Positions 1-11,070 of a DNA stretch of 64,000 nt are shown here, piece by piece. Both the position numbers and the translations under genes were made by a program. Source of the stretch: Myxococcota bacterium (GTDB lineage Bacteria; Myxococcota_A; UBA9042; PHBI01; JAWLBL01). The notes beneath the pieces were generated by a model that was given only the letters and a program-made list of their open reading frames with translations, made no database searches and was not told where the DNA came from. The stretch is taken from contig JAWLBL010000006.1 in the NCBI GenBank assembly GCA_041687695.1, positions 64,001-128,000 of the forward strand, given 5' to 3'. Positions within the stretch are counted from its first letter, which is position 1. Each line of letters begins with the position of its first letter.

Positions 1-3000
1 GCATGAAGCCAGCCGGGAACCAGTGGTCCGGGGTCGGCGCTTCGCGGCGGGCCACGAAGGCCGTGAACTTGAAGCGGCTGTCGATGTCGAAGGCCCACTT
101 GCGATAGTTCTCGAAGACGAACAGCTCTTCGACCGCGTGCTGCTCGAGCAGCAGCCGGCGAAGGCCGGTGCAGCCCTCGGCCTGCCAGAGCGTGCTGGGC
201 GTCAGCAGGGCGACGCGGCCGCCGGCGCGGGCCGCCTGGACCGCCCGCTCGACGAAGTAGCGGAAGGTGTCGGGATCGCCGCCGGTCTTCTTGCCGTTCA
301 CCTCGACGACCTGGTGCTGGTACACCCCGCTGTCGCGCAGGAACCGGGCGAGGCGGGTGGTGCCTTGCTCATAGTCCAGCCAGGCTTCGGCGAGGCCCGG
401 CTGCTCGCCGTGAAGCTTCTGGATGAGCGCCTCTAGTGACGGCCCCTGCCGGTTGGCGACGTCCCACTCGGGCCCCTGCTCTGGCCTCCCGTAGGGGCCG
501 TAGAAGTGGCGACGCTCGGGCCGGATGCGATCCCAGGGCGGGTTGCCCACGACGGCGTCGAAGCCGAACCCCGGGCGCGCCTGGCCCGCCCCGTCGAACG
601 CCACCTCGGGGAACTCGAGCTGCCAGTGGAAGTAGGTCTCGGGCCGCGGACCGTAGCCGACCTCGCGACCGCGGCGCAACCGGGCGACCAGCGGGTGGTC
701 ACCGAGGGCGCGGACGGCCTCCAGCCGCTGCGCGTCCGAGGGCAACCCGCAGATGGCCTTGACCTCGGCGTATAGGCCGTCGAGCCCTTCATAGGCTGCG
801 ACGTCCTCGGTCGTCGGTTCTCCCAGGAACCATTGCAGGCACCACAGGTCGGCCAGCAGCCGGTGGGCGGCCAGCCGCTCCTCGACCGCCTTGGCGTAGT
901 CCTGTCCCTTGCGTTTGATGTCCATGGCCGTGTCGCTCGGGCGCGCCAGGATCGCGCGGATGCTGGCCAGGATGCCCGAGAAGAGCGAGGTGTCGATCGG
1001 CAGCGGTAGGGCGATCTGCAGGTCGGCCGCTCCCTTGCGCTTGCGCTTCTTGCCCTTCTTCGGAGCGGCATCCACGGCCTCGGACTCGGCCTCGGCCGGC
1101 GGCGGGATCGCGACCCACTCGGTGCCCTTGCGCGTGCTCTTCGACCGCAACCCAGGCGCCGACAGGCGGTCGAGGGTCGTGCCGACGAGGCTGTTGCCGA
1201 CCTTGAGGTGGTGATCCAGGAACGACAGCGGCTTGCCCGGCTCGGCGGTGTAGAGCCACAGCGCGACCCGGGCCAGCTCGACGGCCATGGGGTTGTAGTC
1301 GACCCCGTAGATGCAGGACTCGACGACCTTGCGCTTCCAGTACGCCCGCTCGGCTGGGCCGTTGTCGCGGGGCGCGTCCGGGTCGACCGGGTCGCAGCGG
1401 ACCGTCAGGTAGTCGGCGATGACGTCGACCACCTTGACCAGGAAGTGGCCGCTGCCCATCGCGGGATCGAGGACCCGCAAGCGCAAGACCTGCTCGGGGT
1501 CGCTGCCGCAGGCAGACAAAAGCGGCTCGACGGCGCGGCGAACCAAGCGCTCGACCAGCGAGTCGGGCGTGAAGTACGAGCCGCTGGCCTTCCGCTCGCC
1601 CTTCTGGTTGGTCAGGCTGAGGCTCGGCGGGTCGGTGCGGCGGCCGATGAGGCGTTGCTCGAGCAGGCCCTCGTAGATGTCGCCCAGGTCACGGACGTCG
1701 AGATCGGCGTAAGGGACCGGCGCGTCGGTGTTGCCCTGCAGGTAGATGAGCCGCGTGAGCACCTGATGAAGGGCGCCGTCCAGCAGCTTCCAGGTGGCCA
1801 GCTCGGGGTGCTTGTCGCGATCGAACAGCCCGCCGTTGTAGGCCGGGATCTCGAAGCCGGGGTCGCCGCGGTCGATGGCCTCGAAGAGCCTCAGCAGGTC
1901 ATCGTAGACGTTGGAGTAGCGCTCGCGCTCCTCAGCGGGGGTCTGGTCAAGGCGGCGAAAGATCGCGCGTGTCGAGCGCATCTTGGCGTAGGCCGTGTCG
2001 GCGCCTTGCGAGTCGCGCAGCGGTAGCAGGGCCTGCGCCTCGGCCTTGAGCACGAACAGCAGCCGATAAAGCAGGGTCAGCGACACGTCGCGCAGATGGT
2101 CCAGCGCGGACTGGCCGGGCAGCTCGGGCGAGACCGGGAAGCCGCAGTACCGGTTGGAGGGACAGGCCCAGAAGCCCTGGGCGATGGCCTCCACGGCCTG
2201 ATGCGCCTGGTCGCGCAGGACGTCGCGAACGCGCCGGGTGTCGGCCTCGCTCTCGCGAGCCAGCGTGTCGAGGTAGCCGCCGTCCACGGCCGGTGGACCG
2301 AAGAGGTGCCAGAAGAGGTTGAACACCTCGAGGTCCGCGTCGGTCACCTCGCGCCCGCGCAGGTCTTCGAGGAAGAGCACCAGGTCGAAGCGGAGGTTCT
2401 CGTGCAGCCGCCCCTTCTGCATCAGGCGCCAGGAGCGACCGTTCGTCAGGACGCCCCACGGCCGATCGTAGCCGCGCAGGTAGCGGTCGACCTGCTGGAT
2501 GTCCTCGATGGCGGTGGGTTCGGAGCGCTTCTTCTTGCTGGTCGCTTCGTCGGAGGCGACCTCGTCCGCCCCCACGCCCTTGTCGAACCGCTTGACGTCG
2601 ATGATGAAGGCGGCCGACCGGCAGAACTCGGGTCCGTCGGCAACCCGGGCCGCGGAGTCGGCGCCGAAGCGCTGCACCACGCTGTCTCGCACGGCCGGGT
2701 CCGAGTAGAGGACAAGGTCGGGCCGCTGCGCCGCGCTCTTCACCTCGTCGGAGGCGGCCCCGCGCAGCATCAGATGCCGGTTCTGGACCACGGCGTAGCC
2801 CAGCACGGACTCGCACACACGGCGAACGAATACGTTCTCGATGTCGGACTCGGTTGGACCGCGTAACGCCTGCTGGTGGGGGAGCAGACCGACGTAGCGC
2901 CGTCGGGGCGGGTCGGCGTCGAGACGAGCGTCGCGGACGTACATGGACCGCACGGACTCCCAGAGCCCCATCAGGGTCTTCAGCCGTTCCAAGGCATCCT

Positions 3001-3100
3001 TCGGGAGCACACGGAGCCGTGGGAAGCTGGGCTCGCGCGCGACCCGCTCGAAGTAGCTGCGGGTGAAGAGGCCTTCGAGGTGCATGTACGGGTGGTCCAT
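1..3100 (-). CDS. Eco57I-like type IIG restriction-modification enzyme (endonuclease + N6-adenine methyltransferase fusion), 3' end runs off window
   Basis: Not in the ORF track because there is no stop in the window. Manual minus-strand translation from ATG at 3100 (MDHPYMHLEGLFTRSYF) gives RPDLVL...FIIDVK (PD-(D/E)xK), WGVLTNGRSWRL, RKASGSYFTP, VLDPAMGSGHFL (SAM-binding motif I) and FDAVVGNPPW (motif IV); the ATG and the NPPW motif were checked to be in the same frame. Confidence 0.88.
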   Translation of the reverse strand, partial: MDHPYMHLEGLFTRSYFERVAREPSFPRLRVLPKDALERLKTLMGLWESVRSMYVRDARLDADPPRRRYVGLLPHQQALRGPTESDIENVFVRRVCESVLGYAVVQNRHLMLRGAASDEVKSAAQRPDLVLYSDPAVRDSVVQRFGADSAARVADGPEFCRSAAFIIDVKRFDKGVGADEVASDEATSKKKRSEPTAIEDIQQVDRYLRGYDRPWGVLTNGRSWRLMQKGRLHENLRFDLVLFLEDLRGREVTDADLEVFNLFWHLFGPPAVDGGYLDTLARESEADTRRVRDVLRDQAHQAVEAIAQGFWACPSNRYCGFPVSPELPGQSALDHLRDVSLTLLYRLLFVLKAEAQALLPLRDSQGADTAYAKMRSTRAIFRRLDQTPAEERERYSNVYDDLLRLFEAIDRGDPGFEIPAYNGGLFDRDKHPELATWKLLDGALHQVLTRLIYLQGNTDAPVPYADLDVRDLGDIYEGLLEQRLIGRRTDPPSLSLTNQKGERKASGSYFTPDSLVERLVRRAVEPLLSACGSDPEQVLRLRVLDPAMGSGHFLVKVVDVIADYLTVRCDPVDPDAPRDNGPAERAYWKRKVVESCIYGVDYNPMAVELARVALWLYTAEPGKPLSFLDHHLKVGNSLVGTTLDRLSAPGLRSKSTRKGTEWVAIPPPAEAESEAVDAAPKKGKKRKRKGAADLQIALPLPIDTSLFSGILASIRAILARPSDTAMDIKRKGQDYAKAVEERLAAHRLLADLWCLQWFLGEPTTEDVAAYEGLDGLYAEVKAICGLPSDAQRLEAVRALGDHPLVARLRRGREVGYGPRPETYFHWQLEFPEVAFDGAGQARPGFGFDAVVGNPPWDRIRPERRHFYGPYGRPEQGPEWDVANRQGPSLEALIQKLHGEQPGLAEAWLDYEQGTTRLARFLRDSGVYQHQVVEVNGKKTGGDPDTFRYFVERAVQAARAGGRVALLTPSTLWQAEGCTGLRRLLLEQHAVEELFVFENYRKWAFDIDSRFKFTAFVARREAPTPDHWFPAGFM

Positions 3101-3319
3101 CGGGATGACCTCGGCAATGGTGGCGGCGGCTGGCCCCACGGGATCACGAGCGGCGCCACCGTAGCCCCGAAGAGTGAGGAGGCGCAACCAAGGCGTCGAG
3201 CGTGTGGCCGGCCCGTCGTTGCAGACGACGGGCGGCCGGGGGAGCCCGGACGTGGGGCGCGCCGGACGACGCTTGCTGCTCGGGCGCCGGGTTCGGGCGC
3301 TCACCCGGCCACGCAGGCC

Positions 3320-3585
3320 GGTACCGGACCACCCTCGGTCGCTCGCTGACCGACGGAGGGTGGTGCGATACCAGGCTGCGTCGCTCGCTGGACGGCGGTG
3401 GCCGATAGCAGACCCGGCGGGCCTCGCCCGCTGGGCGACGGAGGCTGGTATCGGACCAGGTGGCTTCGCTCGCTGAGCGATCGAGGCTGGTGTCAGACCA
3501 CCCCCCGAGGGGGTCCGACCCCCTCAGGGGGTGGTCTGATACCGGCTGGCGTGGGCCAGCGGACGAGCGAGGGTGGTCCGATGCC
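3320..3585. repeat. Degenerate ~42-bp tandem repeat ending in a 27-bp-arm hairpin
   Basis: TCGCTCGCTG-like core at 3339, 3381, 3424 and 3466 (spacing 42/43/42). Inverted repeat 3489-3515 / 3517-3543 with 2 mismatches, followed by a reverse-complement unit. Confidence 0.7.
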
Positions 3586-3648
3586 GCTGGGAGTGAGTGA
3601 CGCGGGGCGATCGGGCGCGTTGGCCGCGGAGGCAGGCGGCGGAGGGCG

Positions 3649-3692
3649 AAAACGTCAAGGGCCCGGTCACGCGCGCAGCCGGGCCCTTGACG
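3649..3692 (-). terminator. Intrinsic terminator of the 3712-4533 gene
   Basis: Perfect 14-bp stem CGTCAAGGGCCCGG / CCGGGCCCTTGACG followed by TTTT on the minus strand, ~20 bp after the stop codon. Confidence 0.65.
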
Positions 3693-3711
3693 GGATGATC
3701 AGGCGACCGGT

Positions 3712-4533
3712 TCAAGCGATCGCTTCAGCCTCCGACTCGGGCACGGGCGCGACCGTCGTCTCGGGATCGGCCTCGTCTACGATCTCCTCGCCGCTGACGG
3801 GGTCGACGTCACGGACGGTGCGACGGGCCGACAGAGCCGCGCGGATGGCCTCGTCTTGATGTCGGATGGGCTCCAGCAGGGCCGCGCGGGCCTCGGCTTG
3901 GTGGGGGTCCGGGAACTGGCCCAGGATCCAGGCCACGATGGCGCGGAGGCGCTCGTCGCCTTGGGCGTTGGCCGCGCGGACGTGATCCCAACGGACCAGT
4001 TCGTCCGTGCCCTTGGGGAGCAGGTCGAGGAACTCGGCGTTGAGCTTGCCGAGACGCGCGACCTGGGCCACCAGACCGACGGTCTGGGCCTGGGCGCCGA
4101 GGACACCGTCCGGCGACAGGTGCTCGACGATGGCTCCGACCTCGCTGCCCTGATCCACGTAGGTCAGCGTGGTGATTGCGATGGGCCCTCCCGGGTACAG
4201 CTCGCGAACGATCCGGGCCGCCGCATCCCCCTCGAGCTCGCCAGCGAGCGAGGCCGTCACCTCGACGCAGATGCGGTAGATCGCGCCGACCAGCTTGTCG
4301 ATCTGCGGATCGAGCGCCTGAAGGCGCGGGTCGACCCGGCGGTTCTTGTCGACCTTGTAGCGCCGCTCGAGCTCGCGCACCTGCTTGTCCAGCTGCTCGG
4401 CCTGGGCGCAGCGCTCGACCAGGGCGCTCAGCCCGCGTCCTTCGGCCAGTCGCTTGACTTGCGCGATGGCGAACAACCTACGACCGACCGTGAACTGGTT
4501 CAGCCGGATCCAGGGATTCAGGGACAGCTTCAT
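3712..4533 (-). CDS. Hypothetical alpha-helical protein (DUF6261-like, myxobacterial type)
   Basis: Part of ORF 3712..4851. ATG at 4533 (MKLSLNPWIRL) preceded by a GGAGAGGAG RBS. Family resemblance is from memory only. Confidence 0.6.
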   Translation of the reverse strand: MKLSLNPWIRLNQFTVGRRLFAIAQVKRLAEGRGLSALVERCAQAEQLDKQVRELERRYKVDKNRRVDPRLQALDPQIDKLVGAIYRICVEVTASLAGELEGDAAARIVRELYPGGPIAITTLTYVDQGSEVGAIVEHLSPDGVLGAQAQTVGLVAQVARLGKLNAEFLDLLPKGTDELVRWDHVRAANAQGDERLRAIVAWILGQFPDPHQAEARAALLEPIRHQDEAIRAALSARRTVRDVDPVSGEEIVDEADPETTVAPVPESEAEAIA

Positions 4534-4954
4534 CCCGCCTCTCCTCTCCTCCCAATGCAGACTGCACCGCAAGGGGACCCCGCGATCCCTTCGGACGCAT
4601 CGCACATACGGGAGGCGTGTTGATGGTGGTTCCGGGCCATGTTGCCATCCCATCGCACCGACGCACAACCCGCCCGCAGGATCGAAGACCATCAAGCATG
4701 CTGCGAAGCAGGATTGTCGCCCCCTACGTCTCAGTGACCGCCGGAACAGGGACGGAGCAGGGCCCGGGAATTCGGCCGAAGTGTGGACCGCGGTGGTCGG
4801 CGCAGCGGACGTGGTCCAGCGCGGCCTCGACGCCGGGGAGCCGACGCGCACGCCGCCGTCGGGGCCGGCGTGGCCACGGACGGGTGGCGCAGCGCGCTCT
4901 TGCGGGTGCCGTCGTGGAGGTGGAGGCCGCCCCAGGCGCCCGGCGTCCGCCGCG

Positions 4955-6103
4955 TCAGACCATCTGCTCGGGGCGGCCGCCGGAGCTGGCGGGGCGCCGC
5001 GCGGACTGCACGATGCGGTAGCCCAGGTCGGAGCGGATGAAGAGGTACAGGAACGCCAGGATGGTCACGAGGACGCCGCCCGCGAGCCAGAGGTTGTAGA
5101 CCTCGCGGACGAAGATCTTGCCCTCGCCGACGTTGGGCATGGTCTTGGGCTGCAGCGGCAGGCCGTAGCGCAGGGCCAGCTGGTCCACGTTGACCAGGTG
5201 GATGACGGGGACGCCGTCCTCGACGAAGCGGGCCATGACCGAGTCGAGGCCGGAGGCGCCCTCGGGCAGCGTCCGGTTCAGGCCCGGCTTGAACAGGCGC
5301 TTGCCGACCTTGGTGCCGACCGAGGTCGTGCCGCCGCCGATGTTGACGTAGGCCTTGACGGGCGTGCCGGCGGCGCCCTCGACGAACAGGCGCATGCGCT
5401 CTTCGACGCTGGCGTTGTAGTTGGCCGGCTTGATGTGCGCGACGTCGTTGCGGACGATGGCGTCGACCAGCTCCTTGCGGCCCTCCTTGCTCATCCCGAG
5501 CCCGCGGTCCTCGATGCCGCCCATCGAGGCGGCCAGGGACTTGTAGGGGAAGAGGTTGCGCTGGCGCAGGACGCGCTCCATGTCGAGCCACGAGAAGCCC
5601 GGGACGTTGGCGCCCCACTGCGAGGCCGCGACGGACGAGACGATGACGGGCTTGGCGCCGACGGTCTTGAGGGCCGCGTAGGTCGCGACGTTCAGGGCCG
5701 GGAAGGAGCCCGACACGCCGACCGCCACCACGTCGCCCTCGTTGACGCCGGCCCGCTTGAGCATCTGCACGATGACCGCGGCGAAGTTCGGGTTCACCGA
5801 GGTCTGCTTGGCCGGCAGGCTGCCGCTGTTCGAGGTCACCGCGCTCATCAGCAGGCCCATCATCCCGGACCGCGTCGGGTCGGTCTCGGGATCGATGGCC
5901 GGCTGGCGGCGCGTCCGCTCGATGCGCAGCGCCTCGAAGGCGTCGCGGGTCAGGCGGGCCGCGGCGAGCTTCTCGGCGTACCACGGCTGCTTGGCCTGGG
6001 TCAGGAACGCCTCGACCGCGGTCATGCCGCCGAGCGCCAGGATGGCGACCAGGGCTAGGACCGAGCGGGAGACCTTGTTGGGGCGCCAGTAGAGCTTCTT
6101 CAT
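4955..6103 (-). CDS. pgsW: Poly-gamma-glutamate system protein PgsW
   Basis: 382 aa; GSLPAKQTSVNPNFAA, SGSFPALN and ASQWGAN motifs; N- and C-terminal TM segments; directly downstream of pgsC with an ATGA overlap. Confidence 0.85.
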   Translation of the reverse strand: MKKLYWRPNKVSRSVLALVAILALGGMTAVEAFLTQAKQPWYAEKLAAARLTRDAFEALRIERTRRQPAIDPETDPTRSGMMGLLMSAVTSNSGSLPAKQTSVNPNFAAVIVQMLKRAGVNEGDVVAVGVSGSFPALNVATYAALKTVGAKPVIVSSVAASQWGANVPGFSWLDMERVLRQRNLFPYKSLAASMGGIEDRGLGMSKEGRKELVDAIVRNDVAHIKPANYNASVEERMRLFVEGAAGTPVKAYVNIGGGTTSVGTKVGKRLFKPGLNRTLPEGASGLDSVMARFVEDGVPVIHLVNVDQLALRYGLPLQPKTMPNVGEGKIFVREVYNLWLAGGVLVTILAFLYLFIRSDLGYRIVQSARRPASSGGRPEQMV

Positions 6104-6564
6104 GAGATGGCCAGCAGCTCCGAGCCCACGGTGAGGACGAGCACGAGGCGGACGATGACGGAGACGGTCATCAGGGTGGCGATGGTCTCGACGACCCCCT
6201 GGCGGTCGAGCCAGATGGCGATGAGGCCGGGGATGATGAAGCCGATGACCTGGTAGACCTCGCCGAAGGCGCCTTCGGTGCCTGCGAAGAGGCTGCGCAG
6301 GCCGATGCCGACCAGGTAGCCGGTCAGGATCATCAGGGCGGTGCGGCGGCGGCCGTAGAGGATGACGATGGGCGACAGCAGGCGCACGAAGGCGAAGGTG
6401 ATGAAGCCGGCCAGCACGGTCAGCGCGATGTCGACCGGCTGCGTGAGGCTGAGCGCCATGTAGCCGGGCACGACCATGCCGCCCGGCGCGACGCCGAAGA
6501 CTTCCGAGAAGATGAGGCTGACGGCGAGGCCGAGGCCGATGGCGACGGGGAGGAGCTCGATCAT
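6100..6564 (-). CDS. pgsC: Poly-gamma-glutamate biosynthesis membrane protein PgsC/CapC
   Basis: C-terminal part of ORF 6100..7749: MIELLPVAIGLG...PGGMVVPGYMAL...ILYGRRR...IGFIIPGLIA. ATGA overlap with the pgsB stop. Confidence 0.9.
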   Translation of the reverse strand: MIELLPVAIGLGLAVSLIFSEVFGVAPGGMVVPGYMALSLTQPVDIALTVLAGFITFAFVRLLSPIVILYGRRRTALMILTGYLVGIGLRSLFAGTEGAFGEVYQVIGFIIPGLIAIWLDRQGVVETIATLMTVSVIVRLVLVLTVGSELLAIS

Positions 6565-7820
6565 GCGGCGGCGTCCTTCGAGGATGCGTCCGAGGCGTCT
6601 TGGGAGGCCCGCTGCGAGGGGGCGCTCGGGGAGAGGATGCTGCGGTTGCGGAAGTAGGCGACCAGATCGAGGCCCTGGCCGCCGATGTTGCCCATGCCGA
6701 CGATGAGGGCGGAGCGGCCCGACAGGCCGATGAGGGTCTCGAAGATCTGGTCGGTCGAGTAGTCGTCGACGTGGTGGACGCGGCTCGAGTCGAGGCCGCT
6801 CGGGACGCCGGCCTTGGCGAAGATGTAGGTGCCGCTGCCCATCAGGACGAGCTCGTCGGCCTGCTGCCACTTGGGGTAGGCCTCGCCGAGCTGGATGGAG
6901 CGGTCGGGGCGGTCGGCGCGGCAGTTGAAGACGGCGATGCGGCGGTCGACGTCGGGGAAGCGCTCGATGGCGATGTCCCAGACGCGCTCGGTCGACTCGG
7001 GGTCGTTGGCGGCGAAGGCGTTGACGAAGGTGATGCGCCGCCCGAAGAAGTCGACGTCGTAGGTCATCATGGCGCCGGGGTCGGGCGTGGCCTCCCACAT
7101 GCCGCGCAGCGCGGTGGCGCGGTCGACCCCGACGGAGGCGCAGATCTTCAGGGCGAGCGCGACGTTCTCGGCGTGCTCGATGTAGCGGAAGCCGGCGAGG
7201 TCCTCGGCGGAGATGGCCTGGACCTCCTCGAGGGTGATGCCGACGCACTTGGAGCCGCGGTCGGCGGCCGACATCTGGAAGACGTCGAGGTGGTCGCGCT
7301 CGGCCGTGTACAGGGTCTGCCCGTGCGGGGTCATGCCGGCCAGGGCCAGGGCCACATCGCGCTCGGTCGGCCCCATGACGTCGAGGTGGTCGGGGCGGGC
7401 GTTGGTGATGACGCCGTGGGTGGCGCGCACGATGCGCGCCTCGCTGAGCCACTGCAGGTAGGGCTGCAGGGCCATGCACTCGATGACCAGCGCCTGCGCC
7501 TTGTAGGCGTTGGCGGCCGAGACGATGCGCAGCTGCTCGATGATGTTGGCGCGCGCCGGGCGGAAGACCGGGTACTCGCGCCCGTCGGGCATGATCATGC
7601 GGGGCAGGGTGCCGGTCGTCTTGGCGCAGGTGGTGACGCCGCCGGCGCGCAGGCCCGCGGCGATGAGCCGCGTGACGCTGGATTTCCCGCGCGTGCCGTT
7701 GACGTGCACCCGGATGGGGATCCTGGCCAGGCGCTTTCGGTGCAGCCACAGCTCGATCGCGCCCAGCGCCACGATGAGCACGGTCGTCGCGGAGAGCAGC
7801 ACGATGTACCAGGTGTCCAA
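6561..7820 (-). CDS. pgsB: Poly-gamma-glutamate synthase PgsB/CapB (Mur-ligase-like)
   Basis: VHVNGTRGKSSVTRLIAAGL P-loop, AKTTGT, VIECMALQP, DHLDVMGPT, FAANDPEST; TTG start. Confidence 0.92.
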   Translation of the reverse strand: MDTWYIVLLSATTVLIVALGAIELWLHRKRLARIPIRVHVNGTRGKSSVTRLIAAGLRAGGVTTCAKTTGTLPRMIMPDGREYPVFRPARANIIEQLRIVSAANAYKAQALVIECMALQPYLQWLSEARIVRATHGVITNARPDHLDVMGPTERDVALALAGMTPHGQTLYTAERDHLDVFQMSAADRGSKCVGITLEEVQAISAEDLAGFRYIEHAENVALALKICASVGVDRATALRGMWEATPDPGAMMTYDVDFFGRRITFVNAFAANDPESTERVWDIAIERFPDVDRRIAVFNCRADRPDRSIQLGEAYPKWQQADELVLMGSGTYIFAKAGVPSGLDSSRVHHVDDYSTDQIFETLIGLSGRSALIVGMGNIGGQGLDLVAYFRNRSILSPSAPSQRASQDASDASSKDAAA

Positions 7821-8054
7821 TGTCGCCGAGCCCCTGAAGGCAGCCGATTGCCTCGATGGACCGTCGTGGGAGCCCGCCGGCTCGCCCCGTCGCCTGGCGT
7901 GGGTCGCGACGCGCGCGGCCCGATGCCTCCTCGAGGTCCCCTTCGCCAGGTGGCGCCCAATCTGCGCCCGTCCATGGCGCCCGTCAACGAGGATTGATGG
8001 GCGGGCATTCCCCCGCCGCCGCAGGGGCGCGCGGCACGCCCGCTGCGGTGCCGC

Positions 8055-9028
8055 TCAAGGCTCGCCGACGATCCCCAGGTGCAGGATGCGCGCGCCCATG
8101 GGGCTGACCGGGTTGGTCGACTTGCCGACGACCACGCCGTCCTCGGGGGCGCGGTACTCGGTCAGCACGTCGCCGTAGATGTTGGTCAGGCGGGCGACGA
8201 CCTCGCCGCGGCGGACGGTGTCGGTGACGCCGGGGAAGACCTCGAGCAGGCCGCCGCGGTCGGTGTACAGCCAATAGGAGTGGCGGCAGACCACGGGGTC
8301 CTCCTCGGACTCGAGGATCTCGCCGGGGACGACGCCGAGGTGCACGAGGACGTTCTCGATGCCCTCGACCGAGGTGCGGATGAGCGACTTCTGGAAGCGC
8401 AGCGGGTTGCCGACCTCGACCGTGATGGCGTGCAGGCCCATGGACGCGGCGGCGCTGCGCAGGGTGCCGTCGGCGCCCTTGTTGTGGACCAGGATCTGCG
8501 CGGGCTGCAGCCGGGCGAGCGCGGCGGTGACCGGGTCGGTCAGGTCGGCGCGGACGTACAGCGAGTTGACGCGGCCGAAGGACGCCGTGTGCAGGTCGAC
8601 CAGAAACGCGAGGGGGCGCAGGACGCGGTCGAGCAGGCGGTGGGCGTAGACGGGGGCGGCGGCGCCCTGGGGGCGGCCGGGCATGACGCGGTTGAGGTCC
8701 GAGCCGTCGGCGTAGCCGCGCTGGTGGGCGTGGAAGCCGGGGACGTTCAGGACCGGGACGCCGACCACGGCGCCGCGGAGGCGGGCGAGGTCCAGGTTGC
8801 GCAGGACCTGGTGGACGACGGGGAGGCCGTTGACCTCGTTGCCGTGGATGGCGGCGGTGAGGCCGACCACGGGGCCGTCGTGGGGCCCGCGGGCGACGAT
8901 GACCGGGACGCGGACCGGATCGCCCATGGCGTCGCTGGCCAGGGTGACGCGCAGGCGGGAGACGGCGCCGCGGGGCAGGGTGTCGATGTCCAGGCGGTCG
9001 ACCTCGAGTGGGTCGGAGGCGCCCGAGA

Positions 9029-9032
<4 letters not shown>
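8055..9032 (-). CDS. Succinylglutamate desuccinylase/aspartoacylase family (M14-like) metallo-amidohydrolase
   Basis: C-terminal part of ORF 8055..10652: [29 protein letters not shown] and a C-terminal biotinyl-like segment. Probable TTG start overlapping the upstream TGA. Confidence 0.85.
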
Positions 9033-10585
<1,553 letters not shown>

Positions 10586-10698
10586 GTCTGCGGGAACCTC
10601 GAAGGGGGCGCGTGGTGCGTCGAGCATGACCACGGCGCCGCGGCCGCGGCAAGGCCCGGGCCGGGGGAGCGGGTTACGCGGGTGGGATGGGGGATGAG

Positions 10699-10776
10699 GA
10701 GGGGCAGGGGAGAGGGGCAGGGGAGAGGGGCAGGGGAGAGGGGCAGGGGAGAGGGGCAGGGGAGAGGGGCAGGGGA
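10699..10776 (+). repeat. (GAGGGGCAGGGGA)x6 G-rich tandem repeat abutting the left end of element 1
   Basis: Direct reading; 13-bp unit. Confidence 0.9.
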
Positions 10777-10782
10777 GCGGGA

Positions 10783-11070
10783 GAGGCGCGGTAGCCTCCG
10801 CTTCGGCCGGCCTCAATGGCTTTGTCCCCCTTGGCCGGCCTGGTCGGCCGGCCAATTCCTCGCGGACGACAAAGCCATTGACCCCGGCCTACGCTGCGGC
10901 TGGGGGGCTGATATCGGCCCGGAAGGGGGCCTTCCGGGCCGCTTCGCGTCCCGGCGCGGGCACTGGCGGCGGGTGCTGGGGAGGGCGGCTGTTCGGGGCT
11001 TCCAGGGGGCCGGAGCGGTGCTTGGTCGCGTGGGCCTGGGGTGGGGTGTAGAATTAAACAACCGTGTGAT
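10783..11070 (+). repeat. Left terminal module of element 1 (structured; possible ncRNA or ssDNA hairpin)
   Basis: Nested stems TCAATGGCTTTGTC/GACAAAGCCATTGA, TTGGCCGGCC/GGCCGGCCAA and CGGCCCGGAAGG/CCTTCCGGGCCG. Homologous to 28281-28564 and to the reverse complement of 13711-13990. Confidence 0.85.

Noticed and set aside
23..2866. Plus-strand ORFs at the window start
   Set aside because: Antisense shadows of the minus-strand R-M gene, which carries all the recognisable motifs.
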